64,000 nt of DNA from Mustelus asterias (GCF_964213995.1 NW_027590119.1:992001-1056000), one strand, 5' to 3'. Numbered from the stretch's first letter, positions 48,822-61,135 are shown. The notes: generated from the sequence alone by a model not told the origin. A program made the numbers and translations.

Positions 48822-49250
48822 ATAGAATTCCACAGTTCGGAAGGAGGCTATTTGGCCCATCAAGTCAACTCTCTGACAGAGCATCCCACCAAGGCCACAA
48901 CAACATAACCCAACTTATTTACCCCACTAATCTCCCTAACCTACACATCCTGGGGGAAAAATGGATAATTTAGCATGAAATCCACCTAACCTGAATATCT
49001 TTGGACTCTGGGAGAAAACTGGAGCACCTGGAGGAAACCCACGCAGACAAGTAGAGAATGTGCAAACTCCACACAGCAGCACTCCGAAAGCTAGTGGCGT
49101 TTGCTACCAAATAAACCTGTTGGACGTTAACTTGGTGTTGTTAGACTCCTTACTGTTGTAAACTCCACACAGACAGGTAACCACGGCCGGAATCGAACCC
49201 AGGTCCCTGGCGCTGTGAGGCTGGAGGACTAACCACTGTGCCACCGTGCT
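48822..49250 (-). mobile_element. V-SINE interrupted by a Penelope tail
   Basis: Head and V-domain. Confidence 0.85.
49077..49156 (+). mobile_element. 80-bp Penelope tail with half-hammerhead and 16-bp TSD
   Basis: TG(C/T)AAACTCCACACAG at 49061-49076 and 49157-49172; CTCCGAAAGCTAGTG. Confidence 0.85.
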
Positions 49251-49466
49251 AGCGACGTAATTCTTTGTAAACTTATTTTACAGGAAATAGAAGAGGAGGA
49301 TTTGCAGTCTGGATGATCGAATCTCACGTCAGACAGAGTCAATCAATTCATTGGGATTTGAAGATTTGTGCATCTGAAGGGATTTAATTGACCATCTCAG
49401 TTGGAAACTGGTGAGAATCTGTTTCCTTGCTCCTCCTGTGGGGAGGGATTGATACAGCTGGAAAAC

Positions 49467-50672
49467 ATGCTGACACGACAGCGAGCTCGCAATAGTGAGA
49501 GTTCATTCACCTGCTCCGTGTGTGGGAAGAAATTCATGTGTTCGTCCAACCTGCTGGCTCACCAACTCGATCACATTATTCAGAAGCCTCTTCAAAGCTC
49601 TGACTCTGGGGAAAGCATTGAAACCTCTGAGGAACAGGCCCAACACCAGCTCCTTCACACTGACGAGAGACCGTTCAGCTGCTCCCACTGCGGGAAGAGG
49701 TTCAGCCAGTCCTCCCGCCTTGCAGAGCACCAGCTCCTTCACACACACGAGAGACCGTTCAGCTGCTCTCACTGTGGGGAGTCGTTTAGCAACTCAGTGC
49801 ATCTCACTGAGCACCAACAAGTTCACACCAAGGACAGGCCATTCAGCTGCTCCCAGTGTGGGAAGAGATTCACTCAGTCCTCCCACTGCACCGTTCACCA
49901 ACAGATTCATTTTCAGAAGAGACATTTTAAATGCTTTAAATGTGAGAAGACCTTCAAAAGAAGGATTAGTCTGCTGAGACACCAGGGCACTCACACTGGG
50001 GAGAGGCCATATGTTTGCCCTGTGTGTGGGAAAACATTTACTTGTTTGCAGCATCTGCTGAGTCACCAGCCTATTCACACGGGGGAGAGGGCATTCATCT
50101 GCTCCGTGTGTGGGAAGGCTTTCACGGAGTCATCCAGCCTCCGGAGACACCGCCGCATTCACACAGGGGAGAGGCCGTTCTCCTGCTCCATTTGTGGCAA
50201 AAGATTTGCTCAGATTTCCTCCTGCAATCAACACCAACACATTCACTCTGATCAGAGACCTTTTCAATGCTCGGAATGCAATAAGACCTTTAAAAGAAGT
50301 GATGAGCTGCTGAAACACAAACGCATTCACACTGGGGAGAGGCCGTTCCTGTGCTCTGTGTGTGGAAAGGGATTCGCTCAGTCGTCTGGCCTGCTGAGAC
50401 ACCAACGCATTCACACCGGGGAGAAGCCGTTCACCTGCTCTGTGTGTGGGAAGGGATTCACTGATTCATCCTATATGCTGAAACACCAGCGAGCTCACAC
50501 TGCGACAGAACCGTTCACCTGCTCCCTGTGTGGAAAGGGATTCACTGATCCACCCCGCCTGCAGAGACACCAGCGAGTTCACACTGGGGCAAAACCTTTC
50601 AACTGCTCCATATGTGGGAAGGGGTTTAATCAGTATTACAGCCTGCTGAAACATAGACGACTTCATGTGTGA
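49467..50672 (+). CDS. C2H2 zinc-finger protein, ~13 intact fingers
   Basis: Uninterrupted ORF, first ATG 49467; acceptor TTTTACAG|G at ~49283. Confidence 0.85.
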   Translation: MLTRQRARNSESSFTCSVCGKKFMCSSNLLAHQLDHIIQKPLQSSDSGESIETSEEQAQHQLLHTDERPFSCSHCGKRFSQSSRLAEHQLLHTHERPFSCSHCGESFSNSVHLTEHQQVHTKDRPFSCSQCGKRFTQSSHCTVHQQIHFQKRHFKCFKCEKTFKRRISLLRHQGTHTGERPYVCPVCGKTFTCLQHLLSHQPIHTGERAFICSVCGKAFTESSSLRRHRRIHTGERPFSCSICGKRFAQISSCNQHQHIHSDQRPFQCSECNKTFKRSDELLKHKRIHTGERPFLCSVCGKGFAQSSGLLRHQRIHTGEKPFTCSVCGKGFTDSSYMLKHQRAHTATEPFTCSLCGKGFTDPPRLQRHQRVHTGAKPFNCSICGKGFNQYYSLLKHRRLHV

Positions 50673-50736
50673 CCGGCAAAGTTGGATTCTGTTGTTTCTG
50701 CGCCCTGAGATAAACAATAACAATTGGATGAATAGG

Positions 50737-51085
50737 GGAGGCAGCGGCACAGTGGAATTATCACTGGACTCAGGGTAAGGCTCTGGGGACCCAGGTTCGA
50801 ATCCCATCACAGTCGATGGTGAAATTTGTATTCAATTAAAATCTTGGATTAAAAGTCTAATGACAAACCTTAACCATTAATCAATTGTCGTAAAAACCCA
50901 TTTGGTTCAGTAACGTCCTTTGGAAAAGGAAACCTGCCGTCCTTACTTGGTCAGACCTACATGTGACTCCAGACCAGCAATGTGGTTGACTCTCAAATGC
51001 CCTCTGAAATGGAGGGCAGTTAGGGATGGGCAAGAAATGCTGGCCCAGCAAGTGACGTCTACATCCCGTAAAAATGAATTTAAAA
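50737..51085 (+). mobile_element. SINE family B, full length
   Basis: tRNA head GGTTCGAATCCC, body and tail as at 13858. Confidence 0.8.
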
Positions 51086-52615
51086 AAGTTCCTCAGTATC
51101 TCAGTAACCTCCTCCAGTCCCACAACACTCTGTGTAAATACAAGTTGTTGATGATTATGCCCTGAGATAGATAACGTGAACCCGATTCCCCTCGTCCACC
51201 AACACAGCAACTTCTTCACAAAAAGTAAAGCACATGGGATTGGGGCTGTTGTACTGAGATGGGTAGAAAACTGATTGGCAGACAGGAAACAAAGAGTAGG
51301 ATTAAACGGGTCTTTTTCCAACTGGCAGGCAGTGACTATTTGGGTAACGCAGGATCAGTGCTGGAGCCTCGGTTACTCACCTGCCATGGGTCTTGTTTTT
51401 TTTCCCCTGTTTATTATGCATCATTTTTAAATTGTTGCTTCCTAATAATCTAATTTAAAACCATGGATAAACTCAAACCACTTTTGGAAAATCTGTGACT
51501 CTCTGATCAAGAATCTTACTGACCACTGCACACCATTCTGGTCACCGTATTATTAAAAAAATCCCTATCCAGGCACTGGAAAGGGTGCAGAGAAGATTTT
51601 AATGATGAGATTTTAATGTAGAAGGCAGCTCACCACCACCTTCTCAAGGGCAATCAGGGATTAGCCATAAATGCTGGCCAAGCCAGCAATGCCCACATCC
51701 CATAAATGATTTTCAAAACGTGTGTGGTTTTTTTATCAGGAAAGGATTGACAGGCTAGTTCTTCTTTCTTGAGAAATGAAGGCTGAGGGGTAACCTGAGC
51801 AGAGGTCCTCAAATTTATAAAATGCTTAGATACAGAAATAGTGTTTCCTCTTGAGGGGAAGAGCAAAAAGTAAAGTTTATTTATTAGTCACAAGTAGGCT
51901 TAGATTAACACTGCAGTGAAGTTACTGGGAAACTGGAGACAATCAATATAAAACAGTCACTAAGAAATCCAATCGGAAATCCAGGATAAATTTCTCTACA
52001 CAAAGAGTGGCGAGAATATGGAAATCACAACTACAGGGAGTGAAATGAACAGTATAGATGCCTTTCAGGGGAATCTCAACGAGTACTTATGAATGATTTT
52101 TATAGTTCATTTCAAAACGACTAAAAACAATAAAGTGACAGGAGATAATTTGCAGGGTGTGAGACTCTGTGTGTGAGGGTGTCTGTGAGTGTGTGTGTTG
52201 CTTTTCATTGGTGTCACAGAAACCTTCCTCTTTCTGAGCAGACAATCTGGCCCCTGAATGATGTGAATTGTACAACTCAGAGATTCTCCATTCAGAATGA
52301 CCATGTGCTGTGTAAAACCTGACATCTCCACAACCAGACGCCACTTCTGGAACAACGTGAAGTGACTACAATTTTTTAGATTGATTTCTTTGCTCTCAAT
52401 ATTTTCTCAGTTCATAAGTTCATAAATTCCATCATTATCCTTGAACACACCTATGGTCTCCACTTTAAATACTTCTCTCAGTCTTACCAACATATAGTAA
52501 TTGGATTGTTGCTATGACAGGAACCAATTCTGTAAATCTGATTCCCACCAAACACCAACCCATATCCCCATCCGAGTTCCAGATTTTAATGAGATTTCTT
52601 AAAACACAGGCAGCC

Positions 52616-52912
52616 TGGCAGCACAGTGGTTAGCATTGCTGCCTCACAGCGCCAGGAACCCGGGTTCAATTCATGCCTCAGATGACTGTGTGGAGTCTGC
52701 ACATTCTCCCTGTGTCTGTGTGGGTTTCCTCCGGGTGCTCTTGTTTCCTCCCACACTCCAAAAATGTGCAGATTAGATTGATTGGCCATGCTAAATTGGC
52801 CCTTAGTGTCGGGGATAAGCAGAATAACTACATGGGTTACGGGGACAGGACTGGGTGGGATCATTGTCCGTATAGGCTCAATGACCTCCTTCTGCACTGT
52901 AGGGATTCTATA
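52616..52912 (+). mobile_element. V-SINE
   Basis: GGCAGCACAGTGGTTAGCATTGCTGCCTCACAGCGCCAGG head and V-domain. Confidence 0.9.
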
Positions 52913-53043
52913 CCATCTGTACTATCATTACATTGGATCCAATACTGTGTTCACTAACACAGTGCAGCCTGACTTATTATTGGAATAAACACTGTGTTTG
53001 TTACACTGAGAGTAAGTAATCTAAAGTAAATCAAGGCAATCCA

Positions 53044-53137
53044 TGACGAAGGGTCATCCAGACTCGAAACGTTGGCTGGAATCTCTCTCCACAGTTGCTG
53101 TCAGACCTGCTGAGGTTTTGCAGCATTTTCTGTTTTG
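53044..53137 (+). mobile_element. Penelope (family 2) tail with hammerhead remnant
   Basis: TGACGA-AGGGTC atcca GACTC-GAAACGTT; first core C absent. Confidence 0.65.
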
Positions 53138-53657
53138 AAGTCAGTGCTTTGCTGTGTTGTCTCTGTGCTCCATCCCCACTCTGATTGTATTGGAGCCTGT
53201 GTGTGTCATTGTTACACTGAGAGTAAGTCAGTGCTTTGCTGTGTTGTCTCTGTGCTCCATCTCCACTCTGATTGTATTGGAGCCTGTGTGTGTCATTGTT
53301 ACACTGAGAGTAAGTCAGTGCTTTGCTGTGTTGTCTCAGTGCTCCATCCCCACTCTGATTGTATTGGAGCCTGTGTGTGTCATTGTTACACTGAGAGTAA
53401 GTCAGTGCTTTGCTGTGTTGTCTCTGTGCTCCATCCCCACTCTGATTGTATTGGAGCCTGTGTGTGTCATTGTTACACTGAGAGTAAGTCAGTGCTTTGC
53501 TGTGTTGTCTCTGTGCTCCATCCCCACTCTGATTGTATTGGAGCCTGTGTGTGTCATTGTTACACTGAGAGTAAGTCAGTGCTTTGCTGTGTTGTCTCTG
53601 TGCTCCATCCCCACTCTGATTGTATTGAAGCCTGTGTGTGTCATTGTTACACTGAGA
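53138..53657. repeat. 6 x 87-bp tandem repeat
   Basis: AAGTCAGTGCTTTGCTGTG...GTTACACTGAGAGT with period 87, near-identical units. Confidence 0.95.
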
Positions 53658-53689
53658 CTCTCTCATTGTGATTATTGGACAAGCAGCAA

Positions 53690-54110
53690 GTCACCGTCAC
53701 AATGCCCGGCTGATTGACTGCAGCGCGGACCAATGGGATGAGGAGGGGCGGGGTTGGAGGTCCGAGCGCGGGAGGCTGGTCCTCCAACCAATAGGAGCGA
53801 ATGAGGGGCGGGGCCTGCTCTGACTGGAGCATGCGCAGTGTGGGTAGTGGCGACGGAGAAGGGCTGTTTTTCCGGCTCGGAAATAAGTCAGAGGTGATTG
53901 ACGGGGGGGGGGGATTGACGGGCGAGGGATCTCGCGGGTGGACGGAAACGCTGCGGAAGCAGGTTGTGTAAGCCGTGAACCTCGGTAAAGAGCTTCACGG
54001 ACCCAGTTTGCACCGAGCGTTCCTGCAGCTCCTCATGTTCGGGCCGCGTTCACAGCCGCCATCTTTATTGGGGGCACTATGCAACAAGGCGCATGCGCAG
54101 CCGCCATCGT
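53690..54110 (+). promoter_or_regulatory. CpG-island promoter/first exon of the ZNF at 57794
   Basis: Homologous to 43490-43630; CCAAT, GGGGCGGGG, NRF1, YY1. Confidence 0.7.
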
Positions 54111-54161
54111 TTTAGGGGGTAATGTTGTCAATGAGTGGGAGGAGCTTGTTCCCCAGTGTTC

Positions 54162-54495
54162 AGAATCATAGAATCCCTACAGTGCAGAAGGAGGCCATTC
54201 GGCCCATCGAGTCTGCACCGACCACAATCCCACCCCGTCCCTACCCCCACATATTTTACCCGCTAATCCCTCTAACCTACGCATCTCAGGACTCTAAGGG
54301 GCAATTTTTAACCTGGCCAATCAACCTAACCCGCACATCTTTGGACTGTGGGAGGAAACCGGAGCACCCGGAGGAAACCCACGCAGACACGAGGAGAATG
54401 TGCAAACTCCACACAGACAGTGACCCGAGCCGGGAATCGAACCCGGGACCCTGGAGCTGTGAAGCAGCAGTGCTAACCACTGTGCTACCGTGCTA
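54162..54495 (-). mobile_element. V-SINE, young
   Basis: Intact head, V-domain and tail. Confidence 0.9.
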
Positions 54496-55177
54496 CCGAA
54501 TGGAGACAACTTGTCCATCAAACTGCATCAACCCTCTGAGTCCCAATGACTTATTGATGAGGCAGAGCGGTGGCAGAGAAGGAAAGAAAGGGAAATAGCT
54601 TTGACAAAGGGTCATCTGGACTCAACGTCAGCTCTTTTCTCTCCTTACAGATGCTGCCAGACCTGCAGAGATTTTCCAGCATTTCCTCTTTTGGAAAGGG
54701 AAATACATTCTGCTTTCCAGATCCCACTATATCATGGGATGTCTTTCCCATTGGCCCGAAGATCTGTGGGCTCAGTTCAGTCACATGAAGATCCATGGCA
54801 GAAACTCGCGACCCTGAGGAGACATCGTCGTCGAATCGAGGGACTGCTGACAATGACAAAGGGAAAAGTGCAGCAGGGAGCCTGAGTCGTTGTCCTGGAC
54901 AACTTCTTATTGAATTTCATTTTTCGACTGACAGTGATGCCTTTTGTACATTTCATTTTCAGGTATTAGAAGAGGATTTGCAGACACAAATCTCAAATGA
55001 AACGTCATATCAAAAACTGACATTGTTACTCAACTCATCAGGACCTGGATGTAGTCATCATTTGAACGTAAGCATTGAGTTCCAAGTCATTACCCCTCAT
55101 GGTGTAAAATTTCTTCCTCATATTGCCCTGTAGATTTTGCTCAAAATCTTAAATCTGTGCCCCTTAATTCTTTTGCA

Positions 55178-55715
55178 ATCACAGAAATCCTCCAGTGCAG
55201 AAGGAGTACATTCGGCCCATTGAGTCTGCACCGACAACAATTCCACCCAGGCCCCATCCTTGCAACCCCACCTATTTACCCTGCTAATCCCTCTAACCTA
55301 CGCATCCGGGGACACCAAGGGCCAATCAACTTAACCCACACATCTTTGGACTGTGGGAGGAAACCAGAGCACCCGGAGGAAACCCATGCAGACACAAGGA
55401 GAATGTGCAAACTCCACACAGACAGTGACCCAAGCCGGGAATCGAACCTCGGTCCCTGGAGCTGTGAAGCAGCAGTGCTAACCACTGTTAGTGGCACGGT
55501 GGCACAGTGGTTAGCACTATTACCTCGCAGCGCCAGGGACCCGGGTGCTCCGGTTTCCTCCCACAGTCTGAAAGACGTGCTGGTTAGGTGCATTGACCTG
55601 AACAGGTGCCGGAGTGTGGTGACTAGGGGAATTTAACTGTAACTTCACTGCATTGTTAATGTAAGCCTTACTTGTGAATAATAAATAAACTTCACTTTAC
55701 TTGTACCACCGTGCC
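55178..55715. mobile_element. Minus-strand V-SINE with a plus-strand SINE (55490-55700) inserted in its head
   Basis: ACCAC(T/C)GT repeated at both junctions. Confidence 0.7.
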
Positions 55716-55969
55716 ACCCAAATCAGCTGATAGGAACAGCTTTTCTTTAGCTACCTTCTCTTAGACCAATCATAAACTTGTACAGCTTTATCAGTCTCTT
55801 TTGCTCCAAGGACAATAACCCCAGTTTCTCCAGCCTAACATCGTAACTATAATCCCTCATCCCTGGAACCATTCTGGTAAATCTCCTCTGCACCCTGTCG
55901 AGGAGCCTCACATTCTCCATAATGTGTGGTGATCACTGCTTTGCACAGATCCAGATGTTCTGTGTTCCT

Positions 55970-56350
55970 GTCTGTGCAGTAGGAGGCCATTCGGCCCATC
56001 AAGTCTGCACTGACTCTCTGACAGAGCATCTTCCCCAGGCGCAACCCTCTGAACTGCACATATTTACCCCGCTAATCTGCCTAACCTGCAGATCTTGGGA
56101 CATGGGGACAATTTTACCATGGCCACTCCACCTAACCTACACATCTTTGGAAACTAAGGGTCAGTTTAGCATGGCCAATCCCCCTAACCTGCACATCTTT
56201 GGACTGTGGGATTAAACCAGAGCACCTGGAGGAAACCCAGGCAGACTTGGTGACAATGTGCAAATTCCGCACAGACTGCCACCCAAGGCCAGAATCGAAC
56301 GCGGGTCCCTGGCGCTGTAAGGTAGCAATGCTAACCACAGTACCATGCTC
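55970..56350 (-). mobile_element. V-SINE, older
   Basis: Diverged V-domain and head. Confidence 0.75.
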
Positions 56351-56629
56351 ACATTGTGTGGTGACATCATCCCCGCTCTCTGGGGATTTCCTCAATGAGG
56401 AGATTTTTCTCTGTCTGTTGGGAGATTCTGTTAAAGTTGTGGTTTAGTTGCGGGACGGTATTTGCAGCCCTTCCACCAGTGGGATCTTCCATTCCAGCTG
56501 ATGGTGACCGCCCGAGGCAGTTTCCCAGCAGCACGGCCAGCGATCAATGCAAAATGCCCATGGGGGAGGGGCGAAAACCCCAGCTGTGCATGTATTCAAT
56601 CCCTTTCTATCGCCACCTATCTATTGTCT

Positions 56630-57500
56630 GTCTCACACACACCCACTCTTTCCCTCTCACACTCTCTCTCCCTCACACAAACATTATCACACACTCTCAC
56701 ACATACCTTCCCTCTCACATACACCTTCCCTCTCACATACACCTTCCCTCTCTCACACACATTCCCTCTCTCTCACACCTTCCCTCTCACACACACCTTC
56801 CCTCACACACACACCTTCCCTCTCGTTCACACACTCTCCCCCTCACATACACACTCTCTCACACACACACACTCTCTCTCTCACACGCACTCTCCCCCTC
56901 TCTCACACGCACTCTCCCCCTCTCTCACACGCACTCTCCCCCTCTCTCACACGCACTCTCCCCCTCTCTCACACGCACTCTCCCCCTCTCTCACACGCAC
57001 TCTCCCCCTCTCTCACACGCACTCTCCCCCTCTCTCACACGCACTCTCCCCCTCTCTCACACGCACTCTCCCCCTCTCTCACACGCACTCCCCCCTCTCT
57101 CACACTCACTCTCCCCCTCTCTCATATGCACTCTCTCCCTCTCTCACACGCACTCTCCCCCTCTCTCACACGCACTCTCCCCCTCTCTCACACGCACTCT
57201 CCCCCTCTCTCACACGCACTCTCCCCCTCTCTCACACGCACTTTCCCGCTCTCTCACACGCACTTTCCCGCTCTCTCACACGCACTTTCCCGCTCTCTCA
57301 CACGCACTCCCCCCTCTCTCACACGCACTCTCCCCCTCTCTCACACACACTCTCCCCCTCTCTCACACACACTCTCCCCCTCTCTCACACGCACTTTCCC
57401 GCTCTCTCACACGCACTCTCCCGCTCTCTCACATGCACTCTCCCCCTCGCATGCGCACTCTCCCTCTCACACACGCGCTCTCCCTCAAACACAAACTCTC
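56630..57500. repeat. Pyrimidine-rich 22-bp minisatellite / CT-CA low-complexity tract
   Basis: (CTCTCTCACACGCACTCTCCCC)n. Confidence 0.95.
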
Positions 57501-57793
57501 TCCCTCCCTCTTTGCTCCTCCCATAAAGGTGAACCAGTTGGGTTTTTATGACAATCCAGCAGTTTTCCATGGTCACCTTTTCCTTGTTCCGGCCCCACAA
57601 ATGGCCAATCAACCTCAGATTGATTCATTCCGCTCAATTTCACAATCTGCCTTTGTGTTTTTGTGGGTTCTCTCTCACTCCCATTTTGCTGTTTTAAATC
57701 TATTTCACAGGATGTTAGAAGGAGAGGATTTGGAGTTGGGAAATTGAAACCAAACATCGCATCAGGATCTAAGACAGACAGATTTTATCGTAA

Positions 57794-58612
57794 ATGGAAT
57801 ATCATCAGATTTTGAAGATGGAAGGAAAAAACACTGTTCACACTGGAGAGAAACCGTACACATGTTCTGTGTGTGGACGAGGCTTCAGTCGATCATCTGG
57901 CCTGTCAGAACATAAATGCCGTCGCAATGGGGAGAAACCATGGAAATGTGGGGACTGTGGGAAAGGGTTCGATTACCCATCCAAGTTGGAAATTCATCAA
58001 CGAACTCACACTGGGGAGAGACCGTTCACCTGCTCCCAGTGTGGGAAGGGATTCACACACTCATACCACTTGCAGACACACCAACACATTCACACAGGTG
58101 AGAGGCCGTTCACTTGCTCCCAGTGTGGGAAGGGATTTGCTCACTCCTCCAATCTGCTGAGACACCAGCGAGTTCACACTGGGGAGAGACCATTCCAATG
58201 TTCAGACTGCAAGAAGTGTTATAAAAGTTCTGGGGAACTGATATCCCATCAACGCATTCACACTGATGAGAGACCCTTTAGGTGTTCTCACTGTGGGACT
58301 GGATTCAGACGATCATCTGACCTCACTGTACACCTACGAGTTCACACTGGTGAGAGACCTTTTAACTGCCCAGACTGTGGGAAGTGCTATAAAGGTTCTG
58401 GGGAACTACTGTCCCATCAACGTGTTCACACTGACGTGAGACCGTTCAGGTGCTCTCGGTGTGGGACTGGGTTCAGACGATCATTTGACCTTACTGTACA
58501 CCTGCGAATTCACACTGGGGAGAAGCCATTCCCCTGCTCCGTGTGTGGAAAGGGATTCACTCAGTTATCCAACCTGCTAATGCACCAGCAAATTCACAAG
58601 AAATCTCAGTGA
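57794..58612 (+). CDS. C2H2 zinc-finger protein, 9 fingers
   Basis: Intact ATG-to-TGA ORF; acceptor TTTCACAG|G at ~57710. Confidence 0.9.
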   Translation: MEYHQILKMEGKNTVHTGEKPYTCSVCGRGFSRSSGLSEHKCRRNGEKPWKCGDCGKGFDYPSKLEIHQRTHTGERPFTCSQCGKGFTHSYHLQTHQHIHTGERPFTCSQCGKGFAHSSNLLRHQRVHTGERPFQCSDCKKCYKSSGELISHQRIHTDERPFRCSHCGTGFRRSSDLTVHLRVHTGERPFNCPDCGKCYKGSGELLSHQRVHTDVRPFRCSRCGTGFRRSFDLTVHLRIHTGEKPFPCSVCGKGFTQLSNLLMHQQIHKKSQ

Positions 58613-58809
58613 TTGGATGTTGCTGTTAGTCACATCCTGGACTGAACCAGCTTCATTGAGGTCTGTTGCTGCTGATGTTCATAAACTCCAACCCAGTTAT
58701 AAGGTGTGAGGAGCTCATGGAGTTTCTTTGTCACTAAGATTGAGACAATCTAATCAGCTGCTGCTTCTCTCCCTTCCTCGAGCTCACCGGATAAAACTGT
58801 CTCCAAATT

Positions 58810-59555
58810 TATTCATTCGTGGGACATGGGCGTCGCTGGCGGGCCGGCATTTATTGCCCATCCCTAGTTGCCCTTGAGAAGGTGGTGGTGAGCTGCCTCT
58901 TGAATCGCTGCAGTTCATGTTCTATAGGTTGACCCACAATGCTGTTAGGGAGGGAATTCCAGGATTTTGACCCAGTGACTGTGAAGGAACGGCGATAAAT
59001 CTCCAAGTCAGGATGGTGAGTGGCTTGGAGGGGAACTTGCATGTGTTTGTGTTCCCATTTATCTGCTGCCCTTCTAGATGGAAGTGGTCGTGTGTTTGGA
59101 AGGTGCTGTCTAAGGATCTTTGGTGAATTGCTGCAGTGCATCTTGTAGATAGTACACACTGCTGCTACTGAGCGTCGGTGGTGGACGGAGTGAATGTTTG
59201 TGGATGTGATGCCAACCAAGTGGCTGCTTTGCCCTGGATGGTGTCAAGCTTCTTGAGTGTTGTTGGAGCTGCGCCATCCAGGCAAGTGGGGAGTATTCCA
59301 TCACACTCCTGACTTGTTCCTTGTAGATGGTGGGTAGGTTCTGGGGAGTCAGGAGGTGAGTTACTCGCCGCAGTATTCCAAGCTTCTGACCTGCTCTTGT
59401 AGCCACTGTGTTTATGTGGTGAGTCCAGTTGAGGTTTTGGTCAATGGTAACCCCAAGGATGTTGACAGTGGGGGATTCAGTGATGGTAACACCATTGAAT
59501 GTCAAGGGGCGGTGGTTAGAGTGTCTCTTATTGGTGATGGTCATTGCCTGGCATT
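58810..59555 (-). mobile_element. CR1-group LINE 3' fragment (L2/Crack-like), probable partner of SINE family B
   Basis: ILGVTIDQNLNWTHHIN..QVRSVMEYSPLAW..WNSLPN; 3' tail shared with SINE B. Confidence 0.75.
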
Positions 59556-60789
59556 TGCTCATTTTTAAAAAACTGATGGAGTGTGAGAGTGGTAATTACA
59601 GCAGGAAACAGAGTGGCTGTGTGAATTTAAACTGAGAGTTTGATGTGTTAATGAGCCCAGCAAGACCTCAGACAGGTGCTTATCCAAAACAGTTTAGTAG
59701 GGGTGGGTACAGAACAGAAATAGATCTGAATGGGCTGTTAGTGATCAAAAAATAATAGATGCATGCTGTGCCACAAAGTTGTCACGAGTAAAGTATGATT
59801 AAAGTGAATTTACTTTCCTTTTAAATTATCGATGTTAAAGTAAAGAGATGATGTTGATCAATTCTGGGAGAGATTAGTTGTGAGGAAATTGGGTGCGAAT
59901 AGAGAGATGAAAGGAAAGAACAGAGTTAATGGGAAACTGAAACCTGTGAAGGGAGTTGTTTCAGATCTCGGCCAACAGCAGTAATAGTTGGTTAACTCCC
60001 AGAAAGCAGTGTGAAGGAGGCCGGATTGGAAAAGACAACTGCTGGTTAACCTCAGAAGCAACACCAACAGGAGTAAAGGCACTGAGAGGTTAAAATAAAA
60101 AGTTACTGGATTTTTATAGATCTTAAAATCTAACGGCGTTGCTGGACAGATTGGTGAAGGTAGTTAAATTGAGATTGTTTGGAACTGTTTAAAGTATTGA
60201 TGCTGTGTGAAGCCATTGTATTATTTTAAGTGTAATTCTATTTCATTTTGTGTTTTTTTTCCCCCTATTTCTTAATTAATATTTAGATTGCTATAAAACC
60301 ATCATAAGAAGTTGGGACATTTCCAGATTTCACAACCTCTCCTCATACAACACACATTGTAAACTCAGATTTGTTGTTGTGTATTTGGGATATTGTTGTG
60401 TGTGGCATGGTCACGTGATCACTCTGTGACATCATCGGGTCTCTGCAGGCTGCCAGTAGTTGGGGAATTGAAGCCTGTCGAATGCACACCTAAAAATAAA
60501 CCAGCCTCAATGCTGTTTTTATTCAATCTTGTGTGGACCTCTTGAATTGTCCCGATCTCTACATCCCCTCCAACCATAGACAGCACAACATTGAGCATAA
60601 ACCGTGCCCTTAACATTAAATAAACTCCAGCTCAATTATAGGAGTTAATATTCGAGATAAAAGTCAAATAAATCAGCTTTGTATTCAACAAAGTGTATCA
60701 AGTCTTTTTAAATATCTCTATCACAAATTATTTCCTTTTAAAGGGACCTCCATCCTCACCTCCAACAAGTGTGAGGAACGCATGGCATA

Positions 60790-61135
60790 TAAGGCAGCAC
60801 AGTATTTAGCACTACTCCCTCAGTGCCAGGGACCCAGCTTTGATTCTGGCCTTGTGTGACCATGTGGAGGTTGCACGTTCTCCCTGTGTTTGCGTGGGTT
60901 TCCTCCGGGTTCTTGAGTTTCCTCCCACACTCCGAAGATGTGCAGGTTAGGTGAATTAGCCATGCTAAATTGCATCCAAGTGTCCAAAGATGTGTAGTTT
61001 GGGTGGATTAGCCATGGTAAATATGTGGGGTTACAGGGATGGCGTGGAGGGGAAGGCTTGGGTGGGATGCTTTTTCAGAGTCAGTGCAGACTCGATGGGC
61101 CAAAAGGCCTCTTTCTGCACTGTGCAGATTCGATG
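60790..61135 (+). mobile_element. V-SINE
   Basis: Head, V-domain and tail. Confidence 0.85.

Noticed and set aside
53138-53657. CRISPR-like array or Cys-rich repeat protein
   Set aside because: Whole units are identical with no unique spacers, no cas genes, eukaryotic context; ORFs arise because 87 is a multiple of 3
54420-54495. Functional tRNA genes at SINE heads
   Set aside because: A/B boxes continue into V-domain bodies and do not form a full cloverleaf
54600-54690. Active hammerhead ribozyme
   Set aside because: Core degenerate (TTGACAA, GAAA lost); copies at ~11200 and ~32617 are similarly broken
56395-57747. 330-450 aa Ser/His/Pro/Leu-rich ORFs
   Set aside because: Stop-free translation of a CT/CA minisatellite in all three frames
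59560-60420. Solo LTR
   Set aside because: Composition is suggestive but no TG..CA ends or TSD could be fixed; same for ~52100-52370
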